Assembly (NCBI RefSeq): GCF_009914755.1
Contig: NC_060927.1
DNA length: 64,000 nt
Reading direction: 5' to 3' (one strand)
DNA from: the human T2T-CHM13v2.0 reference genome, Homo sapiens
The notes under the pieces are model-generated. The model saw only the letters and a list, made by a program, of their open reading frames with translations, searched no databases and was not told the origin of the DNA. Shown here piece by piece: positions 13,501 through 27,983 of this stretch. Every line of letters begins with the position of its first letter. Within the stretch, counting starts at the first letter, position 1. The translations under genes were made by a program, and so were the position numbers.

Positions 13501-16500
13501 GCCTCAAAGTGGCCCAAATATCCACTTGCAGATTCTCCAAAAAGAGTGTTTCAAAACTGCTTTCTCAAAAGAAAGGTTCACCTCTGTAAGTTGAATGCAC
13601 ACATCACAAAGTACTTTCTGAGAATGCTTCTTTACACTTTTTATGTGAAGATATTTGCTTTTCTACCACAGGCCTCAAAGCACTCCAAATATGCACTTAC
13701 AAATTCTACAAAATAGTGTTTCAAAACAGCTCAATCAAAAGGAAGGCTCATCCCTGTGAGTTGAATGAAAACATCACAGAGAAGTTTCTGAGAATGCTTC
13801 TGTCTAGTTTCTATGTGGAGATATTTCCTATTCCACCCCAGGCCTTAAAGGGCTCCAAAAGGCCACTTGCAGATTCTACAAAAAGAGTGTTTCAAAACTG
13901 CTTGATCAAAAGAAAAGTTTGATTCTGTGAGTTGAATCCACACATCACAAAGATGTTTCTGAGAATGCTTCTGTCTAGTTTTTATTAGAAGATATTCCCG
14001 TCTCCAATGAAGGCCTCAAAGTGGTCTAAATATCCACTGGCAGATTCTACAAAAAGAGTGTTTCAAAACTTCTCTATCAAAAGAAGCGTTCAACTGTGTG
14101 AGTTGAATGCGCACATCACCAAGAAGTTTCTGAGAATGCTTCAATCTAGATATTTGAAGATATTCCCATTTCCAAGGAAGGCATCAAAGCCGTTCAAATA
14201 CACACCTGCAGATTCTACAAAAAGAATGTTTAAAAAAACAGGTCTATCAAAAGGAAAGTTCAACACAGTGAGTTGAATGCACACATCACAAATTGGTTTT
14301 TGAGAACTGCTCTGTCTAGTTTCTGTGTGAAGATATTTTCTTTTCTAATCCAGGCCTCAAACTTCTCCAAATGTCCACTTACAGATCCTACAAAAAGAGT
14401 GTTTCAAAATTGTTCTATCAGAAGGAGTTTCAAATCTGATAGTTGAATGGACACATCACAAAGAAGTTTCTGAGAGTGCTTCTTTCTAGTTTTTATGTGA
14501 AGATATTTCCTTTTCCACCATAGGCCTCAAAGCTCTCCAGATGTCCACTTGCAGATTCTACAAAAAGAGTGATTGAAAACTGCTCTATCAACACAATGTT
14601 TCAAATCCGTGAGTTGAATGCACACATCACAAAGAAGTTTCTGAGAATTCTTCTGTCTAGTTTTTATGTGAAGATATTCCAGTTTCCAACGAAGGCCTCA
14701 AAGCAGTCCAAATATACACTTGCAGATTCTACGAAAGAGAGTTTCAAAATTGCTCTACGAAAAGGTATGTTCAACACTGTGAGTTGAATGCAAACATCAC
14801 AAAGAAGTTTCTGAGAATGCTTCTGTCTTGTTTTTATGTGAAGATATTTCCTTTTCCACCATAGGCCTCAAACGTCTCAAAATGTCCACATGCAGATTCT
14901 CAAAAAGATAGTTTCATAACTGCTCTATGAAAAGTTACATTCTACTCTGTGAGTTGAATGCAAACATCACAAATAAGTTTCTGAGAATGCTTCTCTCTAG
15001 TTTTTATGTGAAGATATTCCCGTTTCCAACGATGGCGTCAAAGCAGTCCAAATATCCACTTGCAGATTCCACGAAAAGAGTGTTTCAAAACTGCTCTATG
15101 AAAAGGTACGTTGAACTGTGTGAGTTGAATGCAAACATCACAAAGAAATTTCTGAGAATGCTTCTGTCTAGTATTTATGTGAAAATATTTCTTTTCCACT
15201 GGAGGCCACAAAGCTCTGCAAATGTCCACCAGCATATTCTACAAAAAGTGTTTCAAAACTGCTCTATCAAAAGAAAGGTTCAAATTTGTGAATTGAATTC
15301 AAATGTCACAAACAAGTTTCTGAGAATGCTTCTGTCTAGTTTTTATGTGAAGATATTCCCATTTCCAACGAAGGCCTAAGAGCAGTCAAAATGTCCACTA
15401 GCAGATTCTAACAAAAGAGTGTTTCAAACTGCTCTATGAAAAGGAATCTTCAACTCCATGGGTTCAATGCAAACATCACAAAGAAGTTTCTGAGAATGCT
15501 TCTGTCTAGTTTTTATGTGAAGATATTTCCTTTTCCACCATAGGCCTCAAAGCTCTCCAAATGTCCACTTGCAGGTTCTACAAAAAGAGTGTTTGAAAAC
15601 TTCTCTATCAAAACAATGGTTCAAAACTGTGAGTTGAATGCACACATCACAACGAAGTTTCTGAGAATGCTTTTTATAGTTATTGTTGAAGATATTCCCG
15701 TTTCCAAAGAAAGCCTCAAAGCAGTCCATATATCCAGTTGCAGATTTTACATGAAGAGTGTTTCAAAACTGCTCTATGAAAAATTACATTCTACTCTGTG
15801 AGTTGAATGCGAACATCACAAAGAAGTTTCTGAGAATGCGTCTGTCTAGTTTTCACATGAAGATATTTCCTTATACACTGCAGGCATCAAAGCTCTCCAA
15901 ATGTCCATTTACACAATCTACAAAAAGAGTGTTTCAAAACCGCTCTGTCAAAAGAGAGGTTCAAATCGGTGAGTTGAGTGCACACATCATAAAGAAGTTT
16001 CTGAGAATGCTTCTGTCTAGTTTTTATGTGAAGATATTTCCTTTTCCACCATAGGTCTCAAAGCTCTCCAAATGTCCACTTGCAGGTTCTACAAAAAGAG
16101 TGTTTGAAAACTTCTCTATCAAAACAATGGTTCAAATCTGTGAGTTGAATGCACACAACACAACGAAGTTTCTGAGAATGCTTCTGTATAGTTATTTTTG
16201 AAGATATTCCCGTTTCCAAAGAAGGCCTCAAAGCAGTCCAAATACCCGGTTGCAGATTCTACGAAAAGAGTGTTTCAAAACTGCTCTATGAAAACGTACG
16301 TTCAACTCTGTGAGTTGAATACAAGCATCCCAAAGAAGTTTCTGAGAATGCTTCTGTCTAGTTTTTATGTGAAGATATTTCCTTTTCCAACATAGACCTC
16401 AAAGCTCTCCAAATGTCCACTTGCATATTGTACAAAAAGAGAGTTTCAAAACTGCTCTATCAAAAGAAAGGTTCTGCTCTGTGAGTTAAATCCACATATC

Positions 16501-19500
16501 TCAAGGAAGTTTCTGAGAATCCTTCTGTCTAGTTTTTATGTGAAGATATTCCAGTTTCCAACGAATGCCTCAAAAGAGTCCAAATATACACTTGCAGATT
16601 CTACGAAAAGAGTGTTTCAAAATTGCTCTATGAAGACGTATGTTCAACTCTGTGAGTTGAAGGCAAAAATGACAAAGAAATTTCTGAGAATGCTTCTGTC
16701 TAGTTATGTGAAGATATTTCTTTTTCCACAATAGGCCTCAAAGCTCTCCAAATGTCCACTTGCAGATTCTACAAAGAGAGCGTTTCAAAACCGCTCTATC
16801 AAAACAAAGGGTCAAATCTGTGAGCTGAATACACACATCAGAGAGAAGTTTCTGAGAATGCTTCTGCCTAGTTTTTATGTGAAGATATTTCCTTTTCCAC
16901 CATAGGCCTCAAAGCTCTCCAAATGTCCACTTGCAGATTCTACAAAAAGAGTGTTTCAAAACTGCTCTATGAAAAGTATGTTCAACTTTGTGAGTTGAAT
17001 GCACAGATCACAAAGAAGATTCTGAGAATGCTTCTCTCAAGGTTTTATTTGAAGATATTCCCGTTTCCAAAGAAGGCCTAAAAGCGCTTTAAATATCCAC
17101 TTGCAGATTATACAAAAAGACTGTTTGAAAACTGCTCTATGAAAAGTTATGTTCAACACTGTGAGTTGAATGCACACATCACAACGGAATTTCTCAAAAG
17201 GCTTCCGTCTAGTTTTTAAGTGAGGATATTCCGGTTTTCACAACAGGCCTCAAAGCCCTCCTAATGTCCTCTTGCAGATTCAACAAAAAGAATGTTTCAA
17301 AACTGCTCTATCAAAAGGAAGGTTCAACTCTGTGAGTTGAATGCACACATCACAATCTGGATTCTGAGAATTCTTCTGTCTAGTCTCTATGTGAAGATAT
17401 TTCCTTTTCCACAATAGGCCTTAATGCGGTCCAAATGTCCAATTGCAGATTCTAAAAAAAGAGGGTTCCAAACTCCTCTATGAAAAGAAAGGCTCAACTC
17501 TATGTGTTGAATGCACACATCACAAAGAGGTTTCTGAGATTGCTTCTGTCTAGTCTCTATGTGTAGATATTTCCTTTTCCACCACAGGCCTCAAAGCCCT
17601 CCAAATGTTCACTTGCAGATTCTACAAAAAGAATGTTTCAAAACTGCTCCATCAAAAGGAAGGTTCAACTCGGTTAGTTGAATGCACACATCACGAAGAA
17701 GTCTCTGAGAATCCTTCTGTCTAGTTTTCATTTGAAGTTATTTCCTTTTCTACCATAGTCCTCAAAGCCCTCCAAATGTTCACTTGGAAATTCTATAAAA
17801 AGAGTGTTTCAAAAGTGCTCTATCAAAAGTAATGTCCAAATCAGTGAGTTGAATGCACACATGACAAAGAAGTTTCTGAAAATGCTTCTGTCCAGTTTTT
17901 ATGTTAGAATATTCCCGTTTCCAAAGAAGTCCTCAAAGCGGTCCAAATATCCACTTGCAGATTATCCAAAAAGAGTGTTTCAAAAGTGCTCTATCAAAAG
18001 AAAGTTTCACCTCTGTGAGTTGAATGCACATATCACAAAGAAATTTCTGCGAATGCTTTTGTCTAGCTTAAGTGAGGATATTCCCATTTCCACCACAGGC
18101 CTCAAAGCCCTCCAAATGTCCACTTGCAGATTCTACAAAAAGAGTGTTTCCAAGCTGCTCTATCAAAAGGAAGGTTCAACTCTGTGAGTTGAATGCACTC
18201 ATCCAAAGAAGTTTCTGATAATGCTTCTGTCTAGTTTCTATATGAAGATAATTTCCTTTCCACCACAGTCCTCAAAACACTCCAAATATCCACTTGCACA
18301 TTCTACAAAAAGTGTTTCAATACTGCACTATCAAAAGTAAGGTTCCACTCTGTGAGTTGATTGCACACATCACAAAGAATTCACTGAGAATGTTTCTGTC
18401 TCCTTATTTGAAGACATTCCCATTTCCAATGATGGCCTCAAAGTGGACCAAATATCCCCTTGCAGATTCTACAAACAGAGTGTTTCAAAACTGCTCTATC
18501 CAAGTAAAGGTTCACCACTGTGTGTTCAATGCACACATCACAAAGAAGTTTCTGAGAGTGCTTCTGTCTAGTTTTATATGAAGATATTTTCTTTTCTACC
18601 ATAGGCCTCAAAGCACTCCAAATATCCACTTGCAGATTCCACAAAAAGAGTATTTTGAAACTGCTGTATCAAAAGGAAGGTTCAACTCTGTGAGGTGAAT
18701 GCACACATCACAAAGTGGATTCTGAGAATATTTCTGTCTAATATGTAAGTGAGGATATTCCCATTTCCACCACAGGCTTCAAAGCCCCCAAAATTTCCAC
18801 TAGCAGATTCTACAAAAAGAGTGTTTCAAAACTGCTCTAGCAAAAGGAAGTCTCAACTGTGTCACTTGAATGGACAGGTAACAAAGAAGTTTCTGAGAAC
18901 GCTTCTGTCTGGATTTTATTTTAAGATATTCCCGTTTCCAATGAAGGACACAAAGCGGTCCAAATACCCACTTGCAGATTCTACAAAAAGATTATTTCAA
19001 AACTGCTCTATCAAAAGGAAGGTTCTTCTCCGTGAGTTGTATGCAAGCATCACAAAGAAGTTTTTGAGAATGCTTCTGTCTATTCTCTATGTGTAGATAT
19101 TTCCTTTTCCAACACGGGCCTCAAAGCCCTCCAAATGTTCCCGTGCGGATTCTACAAAAAGAGTGTTTCAACACTGCTCTGTCAAAAGAAAGGTTCAACT
19201 CTGTGAGTTGAATGCACACATCACAAAGAAGTTTCTGAGAATGCTCCTGTCTAAGTTTTTATTTGAACACATTGCCTTTTCTAACTCAGACCTCAAAGCG
19301 CTCAAAATGTCCACTTGCAGATTCTACAAAAAGAGTGTTTCAAAACTGCTCTATCAAAAGTAATGTTCAACTCTGTGAGTTGAATGCACATATGACAAAG
19401 AATTTTCTGAAAATGCTTCTGTCTAGCTTTTATGTGAGAATATTTCCGTTTCCAATGAAGGCCTCAAAGCGGTCCAAATATCCACTTGCATATCCTCAAA

Positions 19501-22500
19501 AAGTGTTTGAAAACTGCTCTACCAAAAGAAAGTTTCACCTCCCTGAGTTGAGTGCACACATCACGAAGTAGTTTCTGAGAATACTTCCGTCTAGTTTTTA
19601 TGTGAAGATATTTGCTTTTCTACCATAGGCCTCAAAGCTCATCACATATCAAATTGCAGATTCTACAAAAAGTGTGTTTCAAAACTGCTCTAACAAAAGG
19701 AATGTTCAACTCTGTGTGTGAAATGCACACACCAATATGTAGTTTCTGAGAATACTTCTGTCTAGTTTTTATATGAAGATATTTGCTTTTCTACCATAAG
19801 CCTCAAAGCGCTCCAAATATCCATTTGCAGATTCTACAAAAAGAGTGTTTAAAAAGTGCTCCATAAAAAGGATTTTTCAACTCTGTGAGTTGAATGCAAA
19901 CATCACAAAGGAATTTCTGAGAATGCCTCTTCTAGTTTTAGGTGAAGATATACCTGTTTCCAACGAAGGACTGAAAGCTGTCTTAAATATGTACTTGCAG
20001 ATTCTACAAAAACAGTGTTTCAAAACTGCTCTATCAAAAGGAAGGTTCAACTCTGTGAGTTGAATGAACAGATCACAAAGAAGATTCTGAGAATGCTTCT
20101 GTCTAGTTTTTATTTGAAGGTATTCCCGTTTCCAAAGAAGGCCTCAAACAGGTTTAAATATCCAATTGAAGATTATACAAAAAGACTGTTTCAAAACTGC
20201 TCTATGAAAAGGTATGTTCAACTCTGTGAGTTGAATGCACACATCACAAAGGAGTTTCTCAAAAGACTTCTGTCTAGTTTTTAAGTGAGGATTTTCCCGT
20301 TTTCATCACAGGCCTCAAATCCATCCAAATGTCCACTTGCAGATTCTACAAAAAGAGTGTTTCAAAACTGCTCGATCAAAAGAAAGGCTCAACTCTGTGA
20401 GGTGAATGCACACATCACAAAGGAGTTTCTGAGAATTCTTCTGTCTAGTCTCTGTGTGAAGATATTTCTTTTTCCACAATAGGCCTTAAAGCGGTCGAAA
20501 TGTCCAATTGCAGATTCTAAAAAAAGAGTGTTTCAAAACAGCTCTATCAAAAGAAAGGCTCAACTCTGTGTGTTGAATGCACACATCACAAAAGGTTTCT
20601 GAGAATCCTTCTGTCTAGTCACTATGTGAAGATATTCCCTTTTCCACCACAGGCCTCAAAGCCCTCCAAATGTTCACTTGCAGATTCTACAAAAAGAGTG
20701 TTTCAAAACTGCTCCATCAAAACGAAGGTTCAACTCTGTTAGCTGAATGCACGCATCACAAAGAAGTTTCTGAAAATGCTTCTGTCCAGTTTTTATGTGA
20801 GAATATTCTCGTTTCCAACGAAGGCTTCAAAGCGGTCCGAATATCCACTTGCAGATTCTCCAAAAAGAGTGTTTCAAAACTGCTCTATCAAAAGAAAGGT
20901 TCACCTCTGTGAGTTGAATGTACACATCACAAAGTACTTTCTGAGAATGCTTTTGTCTAGTTTTTATGTGAAGATATGTGCTTTTCTACCACAGGCCTCA
21001 AAGCACTCCACATACGCACTTACAGATTCTACAAAAAGAGTATTTCAAAACTGCTCTATCAAAAGGAAGTTTCATCTCTGTGAGTTGAATGTGCACATCA
21101 CAAAGAAGTTTCTGAGAATGCTTGTGTCTAGTTTCTATGTGAAGATAATTCCTTTTCCACCTCAGGCCTCAAAGCCCTCCAAAGTTCCACTTTCAGATTC
21201 TACAAAAAAAGTGCTTCAAAACTGCTCTATCAAAAGGAAGGTTCAACTCTGTGAGTTGAATGCACACATCACAAAGAAGCTTCTGAGAATGCTTCTGTCT
21301 AGTTATTTGAAGATATTCCCTTTTCCAACGAAGACCTAAATGCGATCCAAATATCCACTTGGACATTCTACAGAAAGAGTTTTTCAAAACTGATCTTTCA
21401 AAAGGAAGGCACAACTCTGTGAGTTGAATGCACAAATGACAAAGTTGTTTCTGAGAATGCTTCTCTCTATTCCCTATGTGAAGATATTTTGTTTTCAATC
21501 ACAGGCATTCAATCGGTCAAATGTCCATTTGCAGATTCTACAAAAAACAGTGTTTCAAAACTACTCTATCAAAAGGAAGGTTCAATTCTCTGAGTTGAAT
21601 GCACACACCACAAAGAAGTTTTTAAAATGCTTCTGTCTAGTTTTTTTGTGAGAATATACCCGTTTCCAACGGAGGCCTCAAAGATGTCCTTATATCGACT
21701 TGCAGATTCCCCAAAAAGAGTGTTTCAAAAGGTTCTATCAAAAGAAATGTTCACCTCTGTGAGTTGAAAGCACACATCACAAAGTACTTTCTGGGATTGC
21801 TTCTGTGTAGTTTTTATGTGAAGATATTTGCTTTACTCCCATAGGCCTCAAGGAGCTCCAAATATCCACTTGCAGATTCTACAAAAAGAGTGTGTGAAAA
21901 CTGCTCTATCAAAAGGAAGGTTCAGTTCTCTGAGTTGAATCCACACATCACAAAGAAGTTTCTGAGAATTCTTCTGTCTAGTTATTTGAAGACATTCCCT
22001 TATCCAACAAAGGCCTCAAAGAGGTCAAAATATCCACTTGCAGATTGCACAAAGAGTCTCTCAAAACTGGTCTATCAGAAGGAAGGTTAAAATCTGTGAG
22101 TTGAATGCACACATCACAAAGAGGTTTCTGAGAATGCTTCTGTCCAGTCTCTATGTGAACATATTTCCTTTTCCACCACAGACCTTAAAGCGGTGCAAAT
22201 GTTTACTTGCAGAATCTACAAAAAGAGTGTTTCAAATCTGCTCTATCAAAAGTAAGGACAACTCTGTGGTTTGAATGCACACATCACAAAGTAGTTTCTG
22301 AGAATGCCTCTGTCTAGTTTTTATATGAAGATATTTCGTTTTCTACCACAGGCCTCAGAGCACACCAAATGTCCACTTGCAGATACTACAAAAAGAGTGT
22401 TTCAAAACTGCTCAATCAAAAGGGACCTTCAACTGTGTGAATTGAATGCCCACATCACAATGTACTTTCTGAGAATGCTTCTGTCTAGTTTTTATGTGAA

Positions 22501-24566
22501 GATATTTGCTTTTCTACAATAGTCCTCAAAGCGCTCCAAATATCCACTTGCAGATTCTACAAAAAGAGTGTTTCAAAACTTCTCTATCAAAAGGAAGGTT
22601 CAACTCTGTGAGTTGAATATACACGTCACAAAGAATTTTCTGAGAATGCTTCAGTCTAGTTTCTAAGTGAAGATATTTCCTTGTCCACCAGAGGCCTTAA
22701 AGCTCTAAAGTGTCCACTTGCAGATTCTACAAAAACAGTGATTAACAACTGCTCCATCAAAGAAAGTTTCGACACGGTGTGTTGAATGCACACATCAAAA
22801 AGAGGTTTCTGAGAATGGTTCTGTCTAGTTTCTATGTGAAGATATTTCCTTTTCCACCACAGGCCTTAAAACTCTCCAAATGTCCACTTGCCGATTCTAC
22901 AAAAAGAGTGTTGCAAAACTGTTCTATCAAAAGGAAGGTTCAAATCTGTGAGTTGAATGCACACATCACAAAGAAGTTTCTGAGAATGCTTCTGTCTAGT
23001 TTTTATTGGAGGATATTCCCGTTTCTTACCAAGGCCTCAAAGCAGTCCAAGTATGCACTTGCAGATTCTTCAAAAACAGTGTTTCAAAACTTCTCTATCA
23101 AAAAGAAGTTTAAACTCTGTGAGTTGAATGCACACATCACAAAGTAGTTTCTGAGAATGCTTTTGTGTAGTTTTCATATGAAGATATTTCCTTTTCTACC
23201 ATAGGCCCAAAATCGCTCCAAATGGCTACTTGCAGATTCTACAAAAAAGTGTTTCAAACTGCTCTATCAAAAGGAAGGTTCAACTCTCTGAGTTGAATGC
23301 ACACATCACAAAGAAGTTTCTGAAAATGCTTCTGTCTAGTTTTTAAGTGAGGATATTCCCGTTTCCACCACAGGCCCAAAATCTCTCCAAATGTCCACTT
23401 GCGGATACTACAAAAAGAGGGTTTCAAAACTGCTCTATCAAAAGGAAGGTTCATCTCTGTGAGTTGAATGCACACATCACAAATTAGTTTCTGAAAATGC
23501 TTCTGTTTAGTTTTTATGTGAGAATATTCTCGTTTCCAATGAAAGCCTCAAAGTGGTCCAAATGTTCACCTCAAAGCGGTCCAAATGTCCACTTGCAGAT
23601 TCTCCAAAAAGAGTGTTTCAAACTGCTCTATCAAAGGAAAAGTTCACCTCTGTGAGTTGAATGCACACATCACAAACTACTTTCAGAGACTGCTTCTGTC
23701 TAGTTTTTATGTGAAGATATTTGCTTTTCTACCATAGGCCTCAATGCGCTCCAAATATCCACTTGTCGACTCTACAAAAAGAGTGTTTCAAAACTGCTCT
23801 ATCAAAAGGAAGGTTCAACTCTGTAATTTGAATGCACACATCACAAAGAAGTTTCTGAGAATGTATCTGTCTAGTTATTTGAAGATATTCACTTTTCCAA
23901 TAAAGGCTTCAAAGTGGTCCAAGTATCCACATGCAGATTGTACAAAAAGAGTGTTTCAAAACTGCTCTATCAAAAGGAAGGTTGAACTCTGTGAGTTGAA
24001 TGCAAACATACCAAAGAGGTTTCTGCAAATGGTTCTGTCTAGTATCTATGTGAAGATATTTCATTTTCCACCACAGGCCTCAAAATCCTCCAAGAGTCCA
24101 CTTGCAGATTCTACAAAAAGAGGGTTTCAAAACTCTTCTATCAAAATGAAGGTTCAAATCTGTGAGTTGAATGCACACATCACAAAGAAATTTCGGAGAA
24201 TGCTTCTGTCTAGTTTTTATTCGAAGATATTCCCGTTTCCAACAAAAACCTCAAAGCAGTCCGAATATCCAATTGCAGATTATACAAAAAGAGTGTTACA
24301 AAAATTCCATGTCATAAAAAAGGTTCAACTCTGTGACCTGAATGCACACATCACAAAGAAGTTTCTCACAAGGATTCTGTCTAGTTTTTAAGTGAGGATA
24401 TTCCCGTTTCCAACACAGGCCTCAAAGTCCTCCAAATGACCACTTGCAGATTCTTCACAAAAATTGTTTCATAACTTCTCTATCAAAAAGAGGGTTCAAG
24501 ACTGTAAGTTGAATGCACACATCACAAAGAAGTTTCTGAGAATGATTTCATGTAGTTTTCAAATGA

Positions 24567-24582
24567 AGATATTTCCTTTTCT
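24567..24582. repeat. Target-site duplication of the L1PA3-like element (poly(A) side)
   Basis: agatatttccttttct, matches agatattgccttttct at 27968-27983 with 1 mismatch. Confidence 0.9.
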
Positions 24583-24792
24583 TTTTTTTTTTTTACTTTA
24601 AGTTTATGGTACATGTGCACGATGTGCAGGTTAGTTACATATCTATACATGTGCCATGCTGGTGCGCTGCACTCACTAACTCGTCATCTAGCATTAGGTA
24701 TATCTCCCAGTGCTATCCCTCCCCCTCCCCCCACCCCACAACAGGCCCCAGAATGTGATGTTCCCCTTTCTGTGTCCATGTGTTCTCAATGT

Positions 24793-27171
<2,379 letters not shown>

Positions 27172-27518
27172 ACTCCTACGAGTCTGTTGGAGTACCCGGC
27201 TGTGTGTGGCGTCCGCCTGCCCCTGCTAGGGGGTGCCTCCCAGTTAAGCTGCTCAGGGGTCAGGGGTCAGGGACCCACTTGAGGAGGCAGTCTGCCCGTT
27301 CTCAGATCCCCAGCTCCGTGCTGGGAGAACCACTGCTCTCTTCAAAGCTGTCAGAGAGGGACATTTAAGTCTACAGAAGTTACTGCTGTCTTTTTGTTTG
27401 TCTGTGCCCTGCACCCAGAGGTGGAGGCTACAGAGGCAGGCATGCCTCCTTGAGCTGGGGTGGGCTCCACCCAGCTCCAGCTTCCCGGCTGCTTTGTTTA
27501 CCTAAGCGAGCCTGGGCA

Positions 27519-27593
27519 ATGCCAGGCACACCTACCCCAGCCTCGCTGCCGCCTTGCAGTTTGATCTCAGACTGCTGTGCTAGCAATCAGTGA
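27519..27593 (+). pseudogene. L1 antisense ORF0, truncated
   Basis: ATG 27519 gives MPGTPTPASLPPCSLISDCCASNQ*, matching the ORF0 N-terminus; CGA>TGA stop at 27591. Confidence 0.8.
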
Positions 27594-27950
27594 GACTCCG
27601 TGGGCGTAGGACCCGCCGAGCCAGGTGCGTGATATAATCTCGTGGTGCGCCGTTTTTTAAGCCCGTCGGTAAAGTGCAGTATTCAGGCAGGAGTGACCCG
27701 ATTTTCCAGGTGCCATCTGTCACCCATTTCTTTGACTAGGAAAGGGAACTCCCTGACCCGTTGTGGGTCCAGAGTGAGGTGATGCCTCGCCCTGCTTCGC
27801 ATCACACACGGTGCATGCACCCACTGACCTGCGTCCACTATCTGGCACTCCCTAGTGAGATGAACCCGGTATCTCAGATGGAAATGCAGAAATCACCCAT
27901 CTTCTGTGTCACTCACGCTGGGAGTTGTAGACTGGAGCTGTTCCTATTCA

Positions 27951-27959
27951 GCCATCTTG
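27951..27959 (-). promoter_or_regulatory. YY1 site of the L1 5' end
   Basis: CAAGATGGC on the minus strand (gccatcttg on plus). Confidence 0.8.
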
Positions 27960-27967
27960 GCTCCTCC

Positions 27968-27983
27968 AGATATTGCCTTTTCT
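27968..27983. repeat. Target-site duplication of the L1PA3-like element (5' side)
   Basis: agatattgccttttct; alphoid monomer resumes in register (accatagacc...). Confidence 0.9.

Larger units (their letters stand above)
1..24582. repeat. Alpha satellite (ALR), diverged monomeric/dHOR array, SF5 (R1/R2)-like
   Basis: Tandem ~171-bp units with the alphoid core ...gagttgaatgcacacatcacaaagaagtttctgagaatgcttctgtctag...; irregular mix of pJalpha-type (ttccttttcyacc) and CENP-B-type (ttcccgtttccaacgaag) boxes; one orientation throughout (CENP-B box reads on the minus strand). Confidence 0.98.
27182..27967 (-). promoter_or_regulatory. L1 5'UTR (internal sense and antisense promoter region), CpG-decayed
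   Basis: GC-rich island matching roughly the first 790 nt of the primate L1PA 5'UTR; many CpG>TpG/CpA changes; activity not shown. Confidence 0.9.
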
